Assembly: GCA_035559535.1 (NCBI GenBank)
Contig: DATMBG010000022.1
Location: forward strand, 124,001-188,000
Direction: 5' to 3'
Length of the DNA: 64,000 nucleotides
DNA from: Candidatus Limnocylindrales bacterium
GTDB lineage: Bacteria > Moduliflexota > Moduliflexia > Moduliflexales > JAUQPW01
Shown: piece by piece, positions 30,198 through 38,848 of the stretch
Position numbering within the stretch: position 1 is the first letter of the stretch
Layout of the letters: the number at the start of each line of letters is the position of its first letter
Notes under the pieces: model-generated
The model's input: the letters and a program-made list of their open reading frames with translations, nothing else
The model's database searches: none
What the model was told of the DNA's origin: nothing
Translations under genes and position numbers: made by a program

Positions 30198-31430
30198 TCA
30201 ACCAAAAAATAGACGCTGATAAGCCTGGAGGGTTACTTCCAACGGCTTACCGGTGATTCCATCCCAAAAACTTCGATGAATAAGGGCTATAAACGAAAAG
30301 GTAAGGGCAGTTTTTAGAGCTAAAAGGAGGATTCTTATCCCAGGACTCTTCACTTTAAGAGAAAATTCTTTTATCCATGGAGTCTGGGAAATCTTTGAAA
30401 TAACGGCAATGGCTAAACCAAAGGATCCAAAGGCCAGGGTTAGTTGAATGACAGCATCCCACGTTATGGCCGGTGTTACCAGAAGATGCCAGAGACCGCT
30501 GACTAAAAAGGTCGTTAGGATTTTAGCAGTTATCTGCTTATGCCCCCAGAAGGGATAAAAAACATGGGTCATGAGCCATCGATAAGTCGAAATGTTGGAA
30601 GTTTTCCAATATTGAACAGGGCTGGAGGACAGAAGTGGATTTGCAAAATTTTCATAAAGATTAAATCCCAGAAGTCGAGACAGGGCAATCGCCATATCTG
30701 TAAAACCGGAAAAAGCCCAATAAAAGCGAATTAAAAGCAGGCAAAAAGTACCCCATAGGAAAAGTCTCGGGTCCAGGTGTTGAAGAAAAGGATGGGGGAC
30801 AGAACCCTCCGCCCATTGTTGCAGTTTATTGTAGAGATTCTGAGAGTAAGGAGTCAAAACAAAAAACTTAATCCCTCCCCAGGTCATTTTAAGGAGGTTA
30901 TAAGGAACCAGTTGGGACCAATTAGAAATCTGAGGTTGATAACTCTTATAAAAATCATTGAACGAAACCACAGGTCCGGCGAATAGGGTAGGAAGAAAAA
31001 ATATATAAAGGAGAAACTGATTGAATCGATCCCAACCGGTTAAAGAGGTTTTAGGACGTTTACTGAGGACAAAATCTATACTTCGAAGCAGGAAAAAGGC
31101 CTCTATTCCCTGACGACCCCAGAAGACATACTTGATGGCTGGTCGGGGGAATTGGTATTTAAGGAAAACAAAAGCGACTAAAACCCCCAAAACCAAAATG
31201 AACTTCTGATTTCGGGTTCGGTTTGTTTCCCCAATGAGATAGATGGTCAGGGCCGTCAGGGTAAATATTAGAAAATTTAACGGGGGAAACAGCCATAAAA
31301 GGGCTCCCAGGCTAATAAAGAGCATGGAGTATTCACGAACCTGGAATTTTCCCGTCCATTCCGAGGAAGGCTTTGCCGGAGTTACGTAAAAAATCGGAGT
31401 CGTTGTCAGGAGACCGGTAAGATTTTTCAT
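30198..31430 (-). CDS. MBOAT family membrane acyltransferase (DltB/AlgI-like)
   Basis: FLPTLFAGPV, FSGFTDMAIALSRLLG, ENFANP, SGLWH catalytic His. ATGA overlap with the upstream asnB. Confidence 0.88.
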   Translation of the reverse strand: MKNLTGLLTTTPIFYVTPAKPSSEWTGKFQVREYSMLFISLGALLWLFPPLNFLIFTLTALTIYLIGETNRTRNQKFILVLGVLVAFVFLKYQFPRPAIKYVFWGRQGIEAFFLLRSIDFVLSKRPKTSLTGWDRFNQFLLYIFFLPTLFAGPVVSFNDFYKSYQPQISNWSQLVPYNLLKMTWGGIKFFVLTPYSQNLYNKLQQWAEGSVPHPFLQHLDPRLFLWGTFCLLLIRFYWAFSGFTDMAIALSRLLGFNLYENFANPLLSSSPVQYWKTSNISTYRWLMTHVFYPFWGHKQITAKILTTFLVSGLWHLLVTPAITWDAVIQLTLAFGSFGLAIAVISKISQTPWIKEFSLKVKSPGIRILLLALKTALTFSFIALIHRSFWDGITGKPLEVTLQAYQRLFFG

Positions 31431-33244
31431 ACCTTAAAAACCCGATGCAAAAGTTCCAGGGTTAAAAGATACATGGAAATCTGCCACTGGGTCAGCAGAT
31501 CCACCCCTTCAAACTCATTTTTTCTTTCCAAGAAATCCTCTAATCGAGAAGGGTCGAAATAGGAAATAGCCCTTGAGTGGGGGCTTAAAAGGAGATCCCG
31601 GGTGAGCCGGAGTTGGTTGAACACCGAGGGTGGATCCCGGGGTATGGGCATGTGGGTTTTTTTTCGGTAAAGGATGGAATCTGGGAGAAAGCCCCGGAGC
31701 ATTTTTTTGAAGATATATTTACTCTGACCGTTTTTAACTTTTAATTCTGAGGGCATAGGCGCCAGGAGTTCAACCAATCGGTGGTCCAGAAAGGGAGGTC
31801 GTGTTTCCACCCCAAAAGCCAGGGAGGTCCGATCATGGAACTCCAAAAGCTCCAGAAGGAAGAACTTTAAATACAGATAAAGGGCCTGGTATAAGATATC
31901 CTGGTTAGAAACCCGGATCAGATGATCCGACAACTTTTGACCGAAGAGCTCTTCGGGTCTGATCGTCTTGCGAAACTCCTGGGAAAAGAGCTTGAGCATA
32001 ACTTTCCAGGAAGGGGCCCAGGGAAAGTAAGTAATTTGTCGGGTTTTTAAAATATCATCAAGACCCAGACCTCGCGATCCCAGATATCCGGCCAGGAGTT
32101 CATCGGCCCCTTCTCCACAGAGAACTACGGTGGCATAATCTTTAAGCTTTTCATAGAGGAGGTACATGGTGGCAGCCCCTTTATTAAAGGGTCTTTCTAA
32201 ATGCCAGGTCAATCGTTCCAGGGTGGAAAAATAGGCTTCAGGGGAAATTAAAAATTCATGATGTTTCGTTCCCAACGTTTGGGCGACGATTCTGGCATAG
32301 GTAGCATCATGGTCTTCCCCTTTCCAGGGATTTGGAAAGTCAATGGTAAAAGTTTGCAAAGAACCCGATAGCATCTGGCCGGCCCAGGTTGCGATGCTGC
32401 TGGAATCTGTACCTCCACTGAGTAAAACACCTAAAGGAACCTCTCCGACCAACCGAAGCCGGACGGCATCTTTAAGGAGTTCCATGAGGTGCTGCCCGTA
32501 ATACTTTTCCATCTCTTCCCCTTTAAGAGGGATGGGTTGGGTTGTCTCCGGAGAAGGAATTTCCCAATATTTTTTCAAACGATAATGAAAACCGGGTCTA
32601 CCGGTGTGAGCCATGGCGGTTAAGGTACAACCAGGAGGAAGGGTCCATATCCCTTTAAACAGGGTATGGGCTTCTAAAAGGGCTCCACAAAGGAGTACCT
32701 CAGCAACAGCTTCCAGATTAATATCCGGGGAAATGGCAGGATGTTGTAAAATAGCTTTAGCTTCCGATGCAAAAATAAATTGCCCATCGGCTATGGTATA
32801 GTGAAGAGGAACAATTCCCATCCGATCCCGGGCCAGAAAAAGTTTTTTTCCGGGATGATCCCAAATGGCAAAGGCAAACTGGCCGTTAAATTGTTCTACA
32901 CAATCCTCTCCGAAAGCTTCATAAGCATGTAAAACGACTTCCGTATCTGAGTCTGTTTTAAAACGATATCCCCGGCTTTTCAGAAGACGTTGAAGCTGTC
33001 GATAATTAAAAATTTCCCCATTATAGGTGATCCAGATCGAGCCATCTTCATTGGACATGGGTTGACGCCCGTATTCACGATCGATAATGGACAATCGCCG
33101 GTTTCCCAAACCTACCCGGTTGTTAAGATAGACGCCTACATCGTCAGGACCTCGATGACGCTGGATTTCATTCATTTTTTCCAGGGTTTCTACCTCAACA
33201 GGCTTATCTAAAGCAAAATTAAAGATTCCACTAATACCACACAT
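31427..33244 (-). CDS. asnB: Asparagine synthase-like glutamine amidotransferase
   Basis: MCGI, HRGPD, YNGEIFN, SGGTDSS, CGEGADELLAGY, RPPFLD. Confidence 0.93.
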   Translation of the reverse strand: MCGISGIFNFALDKPVEVETLEKMNEIQRHRGPDDVGVYLNNRVGLGNRRLSIIDREYGRQPMSNEDGSIWITYNGEIFNYRQLQRLLKSRGYRFKTDSDTEVVLHAYEAFGEDCVEQFNGQFAFAIWDHPGKKLFLARDRMGIVPLHYTIADGQFIFASEAKAILQHPAISPDINLEAVAEVLLCGALLEAHTLFKGIWTLPPGCTLTAMAHTGRPGFHYRLKKYWEIPSPETTQPIPLKGEEMEKYYGQHLMELLKDAVRLRLVGEVPLGVLLSGGTDSSSIATWAGQMLSGSLQTFTIDFPNPWKGEDHDATYARIVAQTLGTKHHEFLISPEAYFSTLERLTWHLERPFNKGAATMYLLYEKLKDYATVVLCGEGADELLAGYLGSRGLGLDDILKTRQITYFPWAPSWKVMLKLFSQEFRKTIRPEELFGQKLSDHLIRVSNQDILYQALYLYLKFFLLELLEFHDRTSLAFGVETRPPFLDHRLVELLAPMPSELKVKNGQSKYIFKKMLRGFLPDSILYRKKTHMPIPRDPPSVFNQLRLTRDLLLSPHSRAISYFDPSRLEDFLERKNEFEGVDLLTQWQISMYLLTLELLHRVFKV

Positions 33245-33247
33245 TTT

Positions 33248-33502
33248 TTAACCTCTTATCCTCTTACGTTGGATATAATCACAAATGGTATGGATACTCT
33301 GAAAATTTTCAGGTTGAAACTCTGCAGGAGATACAGTCAGATCAAATTGCCCTTCCAGAAAGTCGATCAAGTGGATCAAAGTCAAGGAGTTAAGAATACC
33401 GGTTTGCAAAAGCGGAGTATTTTTATCTAATTTTTCAACCTCAGCTTCCGGTAAAATCTGTTCGGCCAGGAATTTTCTAATTATTTTCTCCACTTCATCC
33501 AT
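33248..33502 (-). CDS. Acyl/aminoacyl carrier protein (NSL variant)
   Basis: GILNSLTLIHLI, FQPENFQSI, 84 aa. Confidence 0.82.
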   Translation of the reverse strand: MDEVEKIIRKFLAEQILPEAEVEKLDKNTPLLQTGILNSLTLIHLIDFLEGQFDLTVSPAEFQPENFQSIHTICDYIQRKRIRG

Positions 33503-33506
33503 AGGT

Positions 33507-34625
33507 TTAATCCGTTAAATTTAATAATACCCCTTCTTCAGGAGGAATGGCCCTCTGATCGGCCAACTTCCTTAAAGCAGCCACCGTGGTAGCTGCTGTA
33601 TAACCGCAGTCTATTTTTTCTAACTGAAACAGCAGCGCTTTGGCCTCTTTAATCTCCGTTTCTGTAACGCTGATAAAGGTACCCTTTGTTTCTTGAACCA
33701 ATCGATAAATATAAGGATAGCTGGTTACAGGATTGCCTCTTAGAATGGCTTTGGCGATTCCCTTAGGGTTTTTAACGATATGATGTTCCCGAATCACCGG
33801 GGATCCCTCTTCGAAGGCCTTAACCATAGGACAACAACCCTCTTGCTGGACACAAACCATTCGGGGAATATATCGGATTCTCCCCAAAGTCTGAAATTCT
33901 TTAGCCCCCTTGTAGGTTCCATAAACCCCCATGGCACTGCTGACGGCTTGAAAATACCATCGGATCTCCACAGGAACCTGATCAACGGCTTCCAGGAAGG
34001 CCAATTTGAGTCCTTCCCGTCGAGCCGGATTAAAAAAACCCGCCTCGAAGGGTAAATGATGGTGGAAAGCATATTCTCGTGCCTGATTAAAAGCTTCTGC
34101 AAAAGTCCTTCCTGTCAAAACATGGAGTAGAACACCGGGATTAAAATCCGAAAACCGAACCCGCTCCTGGAATTCTCCCCCAATGAAAAGATGCATTTTA
34201 AAATAGGGATATTTGAGAATTCCATATGCCAGGGCATTGGAGCTATTCCCGGTCGAAGAACTTACAAACTCTGTAATCTGAAGCTCTTTAAAAAAAGATA
34301 AAACCACAGCAGCCATTCGATCTTTTGTTGTACCGGTCGGATTTCGAGATTCGACTTTTAAGAAAACCTGTTTCAGCCCCAAGGCTTCTCCAAGAGCTTT
34401 CGCATGTACACAGGGGGTATTACCTTCTCCTAAAGGAAGGAGGTTTTGAGAATCCTGGATAGGAAGCAAATCAAAATATTTTTCCAGGGAGTGCGGCGAA
34501 TCGTAGATCTTGACCCGAGATAAATCGTAATAAATATCCACAAGACCCCCACAATAGGTACACTTAGGAGTATACGCATGGGGAAAGGTTTTTTGGCATT
34601 GGTTACAGCGATGAGTTAGTTTCAA
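33507..34625 (-). CDS. Threonine synthase-like fold-type II PLP enzyme
   Basis: N-terminal CxxC...CxxC zinc ribbon, LGEGNTP, NPTGTTKDR (PLP Lys), SSTGN, NPARREGLK. Confidence 0.88.
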   Translation of the reverse strand: MKLTHRCNQCQKTFPHAYTPKCTYCGGLVDIYYDLSRVKIYDSPHSLEKYFDLLPIQDSQNLLPLGEGNTPCVHAKALGEALGLKQVFLKVESRNPTGTTKDRMAAVVLSFFKELQITEFVSSSTGNSSNALAYGILKYPYFKMHLFIGGEFQERVRFSDFNPGVLLHVLTGRTFAEAFNQAREYAFHHHLPFEAGFFNPARREGLKLAFLEAVDQVPVEIRWYFQAVSSAMGVYGTYKGAKEFQTLGRIRYIPRMVCVQQEGCCPMVKAFEEGSPVIREHHIVKNPKGIAKAILRGNPVTSYPYIYRLVQETKGTFISVTETEIKEAKALLFQLEKIDCGYTAATTVAALRKLADQRAIPPEEGVLLNLTD

Positions 34626-34636
34626 CTTTGTATTTT

Positions 34637-34716
34637 TACTCTACCCTTGCAAGGGTTGATAAATCCTTAGCAGGTAAAGGAAATTCAGCACTTAAAATTT
34701 TTGCAAACGTAGAGTA
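34637..34716. mobile_element. Short TA-bounded inverted-repeat element (MITE-like)
   Basis: tactctacccttgcaa ... ttgcaaacgtagagta (14/16 IR). Followed by a GC-rich REP-like palindrome at about 34730-34815. Confidence 0.5.
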
Positions 34717-34820
34717 CTTTTATCTAACTCCTCCCCCAATCCTTCTCCCATATCAAGGGTGGGGGGGAAATCCACAGATTACCCCTATCTCCTCAAGAGA
34801 AAGGACTGGGGGTTAAGGAA

Positions 34821-36104
34821 TTATACCTGTTCTACAACCGTGACATTTCCAAAGGGAATCCCATAAGTTGAAGGATTGGATTTTCCAAGCTTTTCCAATG
34901 CGAGTTTTTTTGCTTCTTCCAAATGAGTAGCCGGAATAAAGCCCAGGAGTTCTACCTGATCTTTCGGACATCGGGAGATCAAGATCACCTGAATTCGCTG
35001 CAAAATCTCTTTAAGCAGGTAAGAATTATGCCCGGTGAGATCGTATTGGGTCTTTACAGCTTTGGCTAATTCCGGGAGAGAGGAAAATTTTGCCCAACGC
35101 AAGAAGCCTTCCTTAATACCCTGGGGACAGGCCGCCAGGAGGATGAAGACCCCGCCATCGACCACACACGTATGGGTATTCATAAGGGTTTTGAGTGCTT
35201 GCATGAAGGAAATATCATAAGGATGACCTCCACAACTGGCCATGGCCAGTTCTGCCTTTTCTTTAAAGGAAACCTTAAAAAGGTTATCTACCACCTGACA
35301 CCCCATGACGTGGGCAGAAACGGGATGACCCGCATAGACGTGGGTTAATTCATGGTTTAAATTCACGAGGGTATTTACCAGGAAACTAGGTCGAAATAAA
35401 GCGGCTGCTTCCAGCATGTCCAGATGGACAGGATTTCCTTCCAGACAACCATTCCTGGCCAGGATATTTCGCGGTTGAACTTCATTACCGGACATAACCA
35501 GTTTGTGATTATGTAAAATCGTTTCATATCCCGATACCCCAGGTAAGACAGCTTTACGACCGCCCGTGAATCCGGCAAAATAATGATGGGTAATCCGGCC
35601 TGTCAAAATCTTAATATCCGCTTCATAAGCCAGTCGATTGACCTCGATGGCATTCCCAAAGGAGGTTTTTCCCAAATAAACATGGTTTTCTTTGTTCATG
35701 CAGTCGTGCCCTATCACTCGGATTTCTTTATCAAAGTGAGGCCCCAAGATGATATTCATATCTTCGGTTGTAAACCGCTCATGAGTCCCCGTTGCAATAA
35801 TAACCGTGATATCCTGCTTACGGATTCCGGCCCGGAGCAGTTCCCGGATCAAAAGCGGCATAAAAATATCGCCCCGGGTTACACGGTCCTTACCGGATAC
35901 CAGAATTACAGCCGTTCGCCCAGATTTAGCCAATTCATATAGGGGTTCCCTTTCAATGGGTTTTTGAAGGGCTTTTTCTACTAAAAAGTCGGGGGGATGG
36001 GCAGGGGAAACGGAACGCGGCGTGAGAATGCCCAGAAAATTTCTTTGGGGAACCTCTGTTTGTACAACTTCAGAGCCATAACCTAACCGGATAATCTCAA
36101 ACAT
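34821..36104 (-). CDS. larA: Nickel-pincer-dependent lactate racemase family protein (LarA homolog)
   Basis: DRVTR, IATGTH, GHD, YLGKTSFG, HHYFAGFTGGRKAV, HNH, GNPVHLDM, GGHPYD. GGAGG RBS. Confidence 0.88.
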   Translation of the reverse strand: MFEIIRLGYGSEVVQTEVPQRNFLGILTPRSVSPAHPPDFLVEKALQKPIEREPLYELAKSGRTAVILVSGKDRVTRGDIFMPLLIRELLRAGIRKQDITVIIATGTHERFTTEDMNIILGPHFDKEIRVIGHDCMNKENHVYLGKTSFGNAIEVNRLAYEADIKILTGRITHHYFAGFTGGRKAVLPGVSGYETILHNHKLVMSGNEVQPRNILARNGCLEGNPVHLDMLEAAALFRPSFLVNTLVNLNHELTHVYAGHPVSAHVMGCQVVDNLFKVSFKEKAELAMASCGGHPYDISFMQALKTLMNTHTCVVDGGVFILLAACPQGIKEGFLRWAKFSSLPELAKAVKTQYDLTGHNSYLLKEILQRIQVILISRCPKDQVELLGFIPATHLEEAKKLALEKLGKSNPSTYGIPFGNVTVVEQV

Positions 36105-36167
36105 AACGGATCCTCCCGCTCATTTGAGCTTTTAAGATAACCGTCGAAAGTAACGAAAGTAAAAAAT

Positions 36168-36184
36168 TGCATGGAATGTGCCAA
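36168..36184 (-). promoter_or_regulatory. Sigma-54 (-24/-12) promoter for the larA-headed cluster
   Basis: Minus strand reads TTGGCACATTCCATGCA, an exact GG-N10-GC spacing with the TGGCAC core, about 64 bp upstream of the larA ATG. Confidence 0.72.
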
Positions 36185-36344
36185 CTTCATAGTTTTGGGA
36201 CCCGGAGTTCAAGGACACGGAGACCTTGGGACTGAGAGACGCGGGGAAATGTCTCCATGTTCCCAAGTCCCAGTTATCTTGGTGATGAATAAGGGCAAAT
36301 CTTCATGTAAAAGCAAAATAAACTTCGCACCTTTCATTTTCCCC

Positions 36345-36373
36345 TTGACTTAAAAGTTCAGGCTGAATAAGAT
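36345..36373 (+). promoter_or_regulatory. Putative sigma-70 promoter for the pilin-like genes
   Basis: TTGACT-N17-TAAGAT, 60 bp upstream of the ATG at 36434. Confidence 0.4.
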
Positions 36374-36433
36374 CATATTTGCTCCAAGTTATGGGATTTT
36401 CATACCTTAAACCTTCATGATTTCCCAGGGTTC

Positions 36434-37264
36434 ATGATAAAGATTTCATCTGCGCAGGGTTTTACGCTCTTAGAGACCCTCATGGTGACGGTTTTGTTTA
36501 CAACGGTTCTGATTTTATCTTTGGAATTTTTTCAACAACACCAGAAAATCTACTTCCGGTATCGGAGCGACGCGGAGATTATTCAAAATGCCCGAATGGC
36601 TTTAGATGCCATTTGTTCAGATTTGAGGGTTGCCGGTTATCATTTAGACCGGCAACAAAATCAGCCTGTTTTTATCGAAGCGGCTCCGTTTCAAATTATC
36701 TTGAATGCAGATAAGGACCCCGGTGAGCCGGTTTTGATTAAAAACGGTTTTGTCATGCTATCCAGTGGTACCCCCTATATTAACTCCCAGGATTACTCTA
36801 CAGGGGCTGAAACTATTCGATGGACTTTAGATTCGAATGATGATGGTCTCATCGATAACCGGGATATCGATGATAATCCAGAGGAGCGGGCCTCCCGATT
36901 TAACGACAATGATTTCGTTTTAATTCGAGAACTGAACGGAGGGCCGGATCAGCAGGTGGCTCTCTATCTCAGAGGGCCAATAGATGCTAAAAACAATCGT
37001 ACCTATGTGTCTCCTTTGTTTCAATATTGGATTTTGTCTTCCAATGGCTCTTTAATTTTATGGGGGGATACCGATGGGAATGGATTTTTAGAGGGGAATG
37101 AAATCTATTTCCCACCCCTGACTTCTCAAAGTGTTTTGGAGAAAATCAGGCGGATTACCGTGATGGTTTCGGTAGAGTCCGATGAGTGGGATCCTTTTCG
37201 TAATCCACCCGGCCATCGACAGGTCATCTTGAGTTCCGAGGTTGCAGTAAGGAACAACTTTTAA
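36434..37264 (+). CDS. Type IV minor pilin/pseudopilin (PilW-like)
   Basis: Prepilin cleavage motif QG|FTLLE plus a hydrophobic helix, QNARMALDAICSDLRVAGY, DxxxDG loops. Confidence 0.85.
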   Translation: MIKISSAQGFTLLETLMVTVLFTTVLILSLEFFQQHQKIYFRYRSDAEIIQNARMALDAICSDLRVAGYHLDRQQNQPVFIEAAPFQIILNADKDPGEPVLIKNGFVMLSSGTPYINSQDYSTGAETIRWTLDSNDDGLIDNRDIDDNPEERASRFNDNDFVLIRELNGGPDQQVALYLRGPIDAKNNRTYVSPLFQYWILSSNGSLILWGDTDGNGFLEGNEIYFPPLTSQSVLEKIRRITVMVSVESDEWDPFRNPPGHRQVILSSEVAVRNNF

Positions 37265-37341
37265 CATTCATAAAAAAGTCTAAACTCCGGAGTTGCCCTA
37301 TTTTTCCACTGTGGAACGATCTCAAGGAACCCTGACGGCGT

Positions 37342-37791
37342 ATGAAACGATCCTTACTTCTCTCCTCAAGAGGTTTTAGTCTCATAGAAGTTCTCATGGC
37401 TTCGGCCATCCTGGGTTTTGCATTGCTCAGTTTATCTCAATTGTTTTTACAAAGCTCCCTGGAAATTTATCGGGCGAAGAACAGATCTCGGGCAACCCAC
37501 CTGGTGGATGAGATGATGGAAATTATGGCGGCTTCTCCCTATCCCATTGAAAATTATCAGGGTTTCTCTACCAACTCCTCTCCTGCAAATACGAACCCGG
37601 TAAAAGAAGACCTGCTCCGTTGGAAACGAAACGTAAAAGCTTTCCAGGATACCGCTTTAGGAACAATTTCCGTTGTTCAAGATAACTATCGAAAAACGGT
37701 TATTATCGATCTGGATTATCCAAATTTTGGGAAGAGAGATCAGGTAGAAATCAAACGCATTTTTTCAAGTCCGTTTCCTATTTCCCCTTGA
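37342..37791 (+). CDS. Type IV minor pilin (PilV-like)
   Basis: RG|FSLIEVLMA prepilin motif, RSRATHLVDEMME, DLLRWK. Confidence 0.85.
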   Translation: MKRSLLLSSRGFSLIEVLMASAILGFALLSLSQLFLQSSLEIYRAKNRSRATHLVDEMMEIMAASPYPIENYQGFSTNSSPANTNPVKEDLLRWKRNVKAFQDTALGTISVVQDNYRKTVIIDLDYPNFGKRDQVEIKRIFSSPFPISP

Positions 37792-37985
37792 TAGGGAGAC
37801 CTGATTATATTTCAATTTGTAAGGCGGCTTTCCCTATGAAGTTTTTCTATCCCTGGAATGCAACTTCTTTAAAAGGAATTGATAGGATGTGATCTATTCA
37901 ACCAGAGTGGATACTAACCCGATGCCTGTATGGTAAAAAAATCAAAGAGGGGATATTTTAGAGGGTAAGGAGGAGAGATAAATTT

Positions 37986-38777
37986 ATGGAAGATATCCCC
38001 ATCCAGGACCTGTTGGAGGGGGCATCCAGGGCAAATCCCTTTTCTCTCTGGTTTCCTTTACCGGAGGTCCTTCTATTGGGAAATGACGAAGTCCATGTCT
38101 GGCGTGCGACCCTGAATGTAGAGATTTCGTATCTACACAACCTGCAGCAACTTCTCTCGGCGGATGAGCAGGTCCGGGCCGGGCGTTTTTACTTTCAGAA
38201 GGATCGTGAACGCTTTATCATCACACGGGGATTGTTAAGGAGGATCCTGGGACGTTATCTGGAGAGGGAACCGGGCCAATTGCAATTTGGCTATGGACCC
38301 TATGGAAAGCCTTATCTCACAGGAGAATTTAGCTACAGTAGATTGCGTTTCAACTTAGCTTATTCCCAGGAGCTTGCCCTCTACGCCATTACACAAGGTC
38401 GTGAAGTTGGGATAGATATTGAATATATCCGACCTCATCCGGCCAATATGCAGATAGCGCATCGGTTCTTTTCACCCTGCGAAGTTATGGCTTTAAAGGC
38501 CCTTCCTTTCCATCTGCAGCAAGAAGCATTCTTTAATTGCTGGACTCGCAAAGAAGCTTATATAAAGGCCAGAGGAAAGGGTCTTTCGTTTCCTTTGAAT
38601 CAATTCTCTGTATCCCTGGCACCCGGCGAGCCTGCCGCTCTACTCAATGTCCTGGAAGATCCCCAAGAAACCTCCCGTTGGTCACTTCAGACGCTGGAAC
38701 CGGGTTCCGGCTACGTGGCAGCTCTTGCCGTAGAAGGACAGGATTGGCGGCTTAAATGTTGGCAGGTACAGGGGTAG
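37986..38777 (+). CDS. Sfp/HetI-type 4'-phosphopantetheinyl transferase
   Basis: VHVW, LSADEQVRA, GPYGKP, FNLAYS, VGIDIE, WTRKEAYIKARGKGL. Confidence 0.93.
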   Translation: MEDIPIQDLLEGASRANPFSLWFPLPEVLLLGNDEVHVWRATLNVEISYLHNLQQLLSADEQVRAGRFYFQKDRERFIITRGLLRRILGRYLEREPGQLQFGYGPYGKPYLTGEFSYSRLRFNLAYSQELALYAITQGREVGIDIEYIRPHPANMQIAHRFFSPCEVMALKALPFHLQQEAFFNCWTRKEAYIKARGKGLSFPLNQFSVSLAPGEPAALLNVLEDPQETSRWSLQTLEPGSGYVAALAVEGQDWRLKCWQVQG

Positions 38778-38848
38778 AGGGAAAGGCTTCCAGAACCCAT
38801 CCTATTTCCCTACCCTTTTAACCTCTCTTATTTATTACTCTACACTTA

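Noticed and set aside
23103-36104. Lasso peptide or classical NRPS/PKS cluster
   Set aside because: Both AsnB proteins keep the full N-terminal Cys glutaminase domain. No B1/B2 proteins, precursor peptide, KS or condensation domain is seen.
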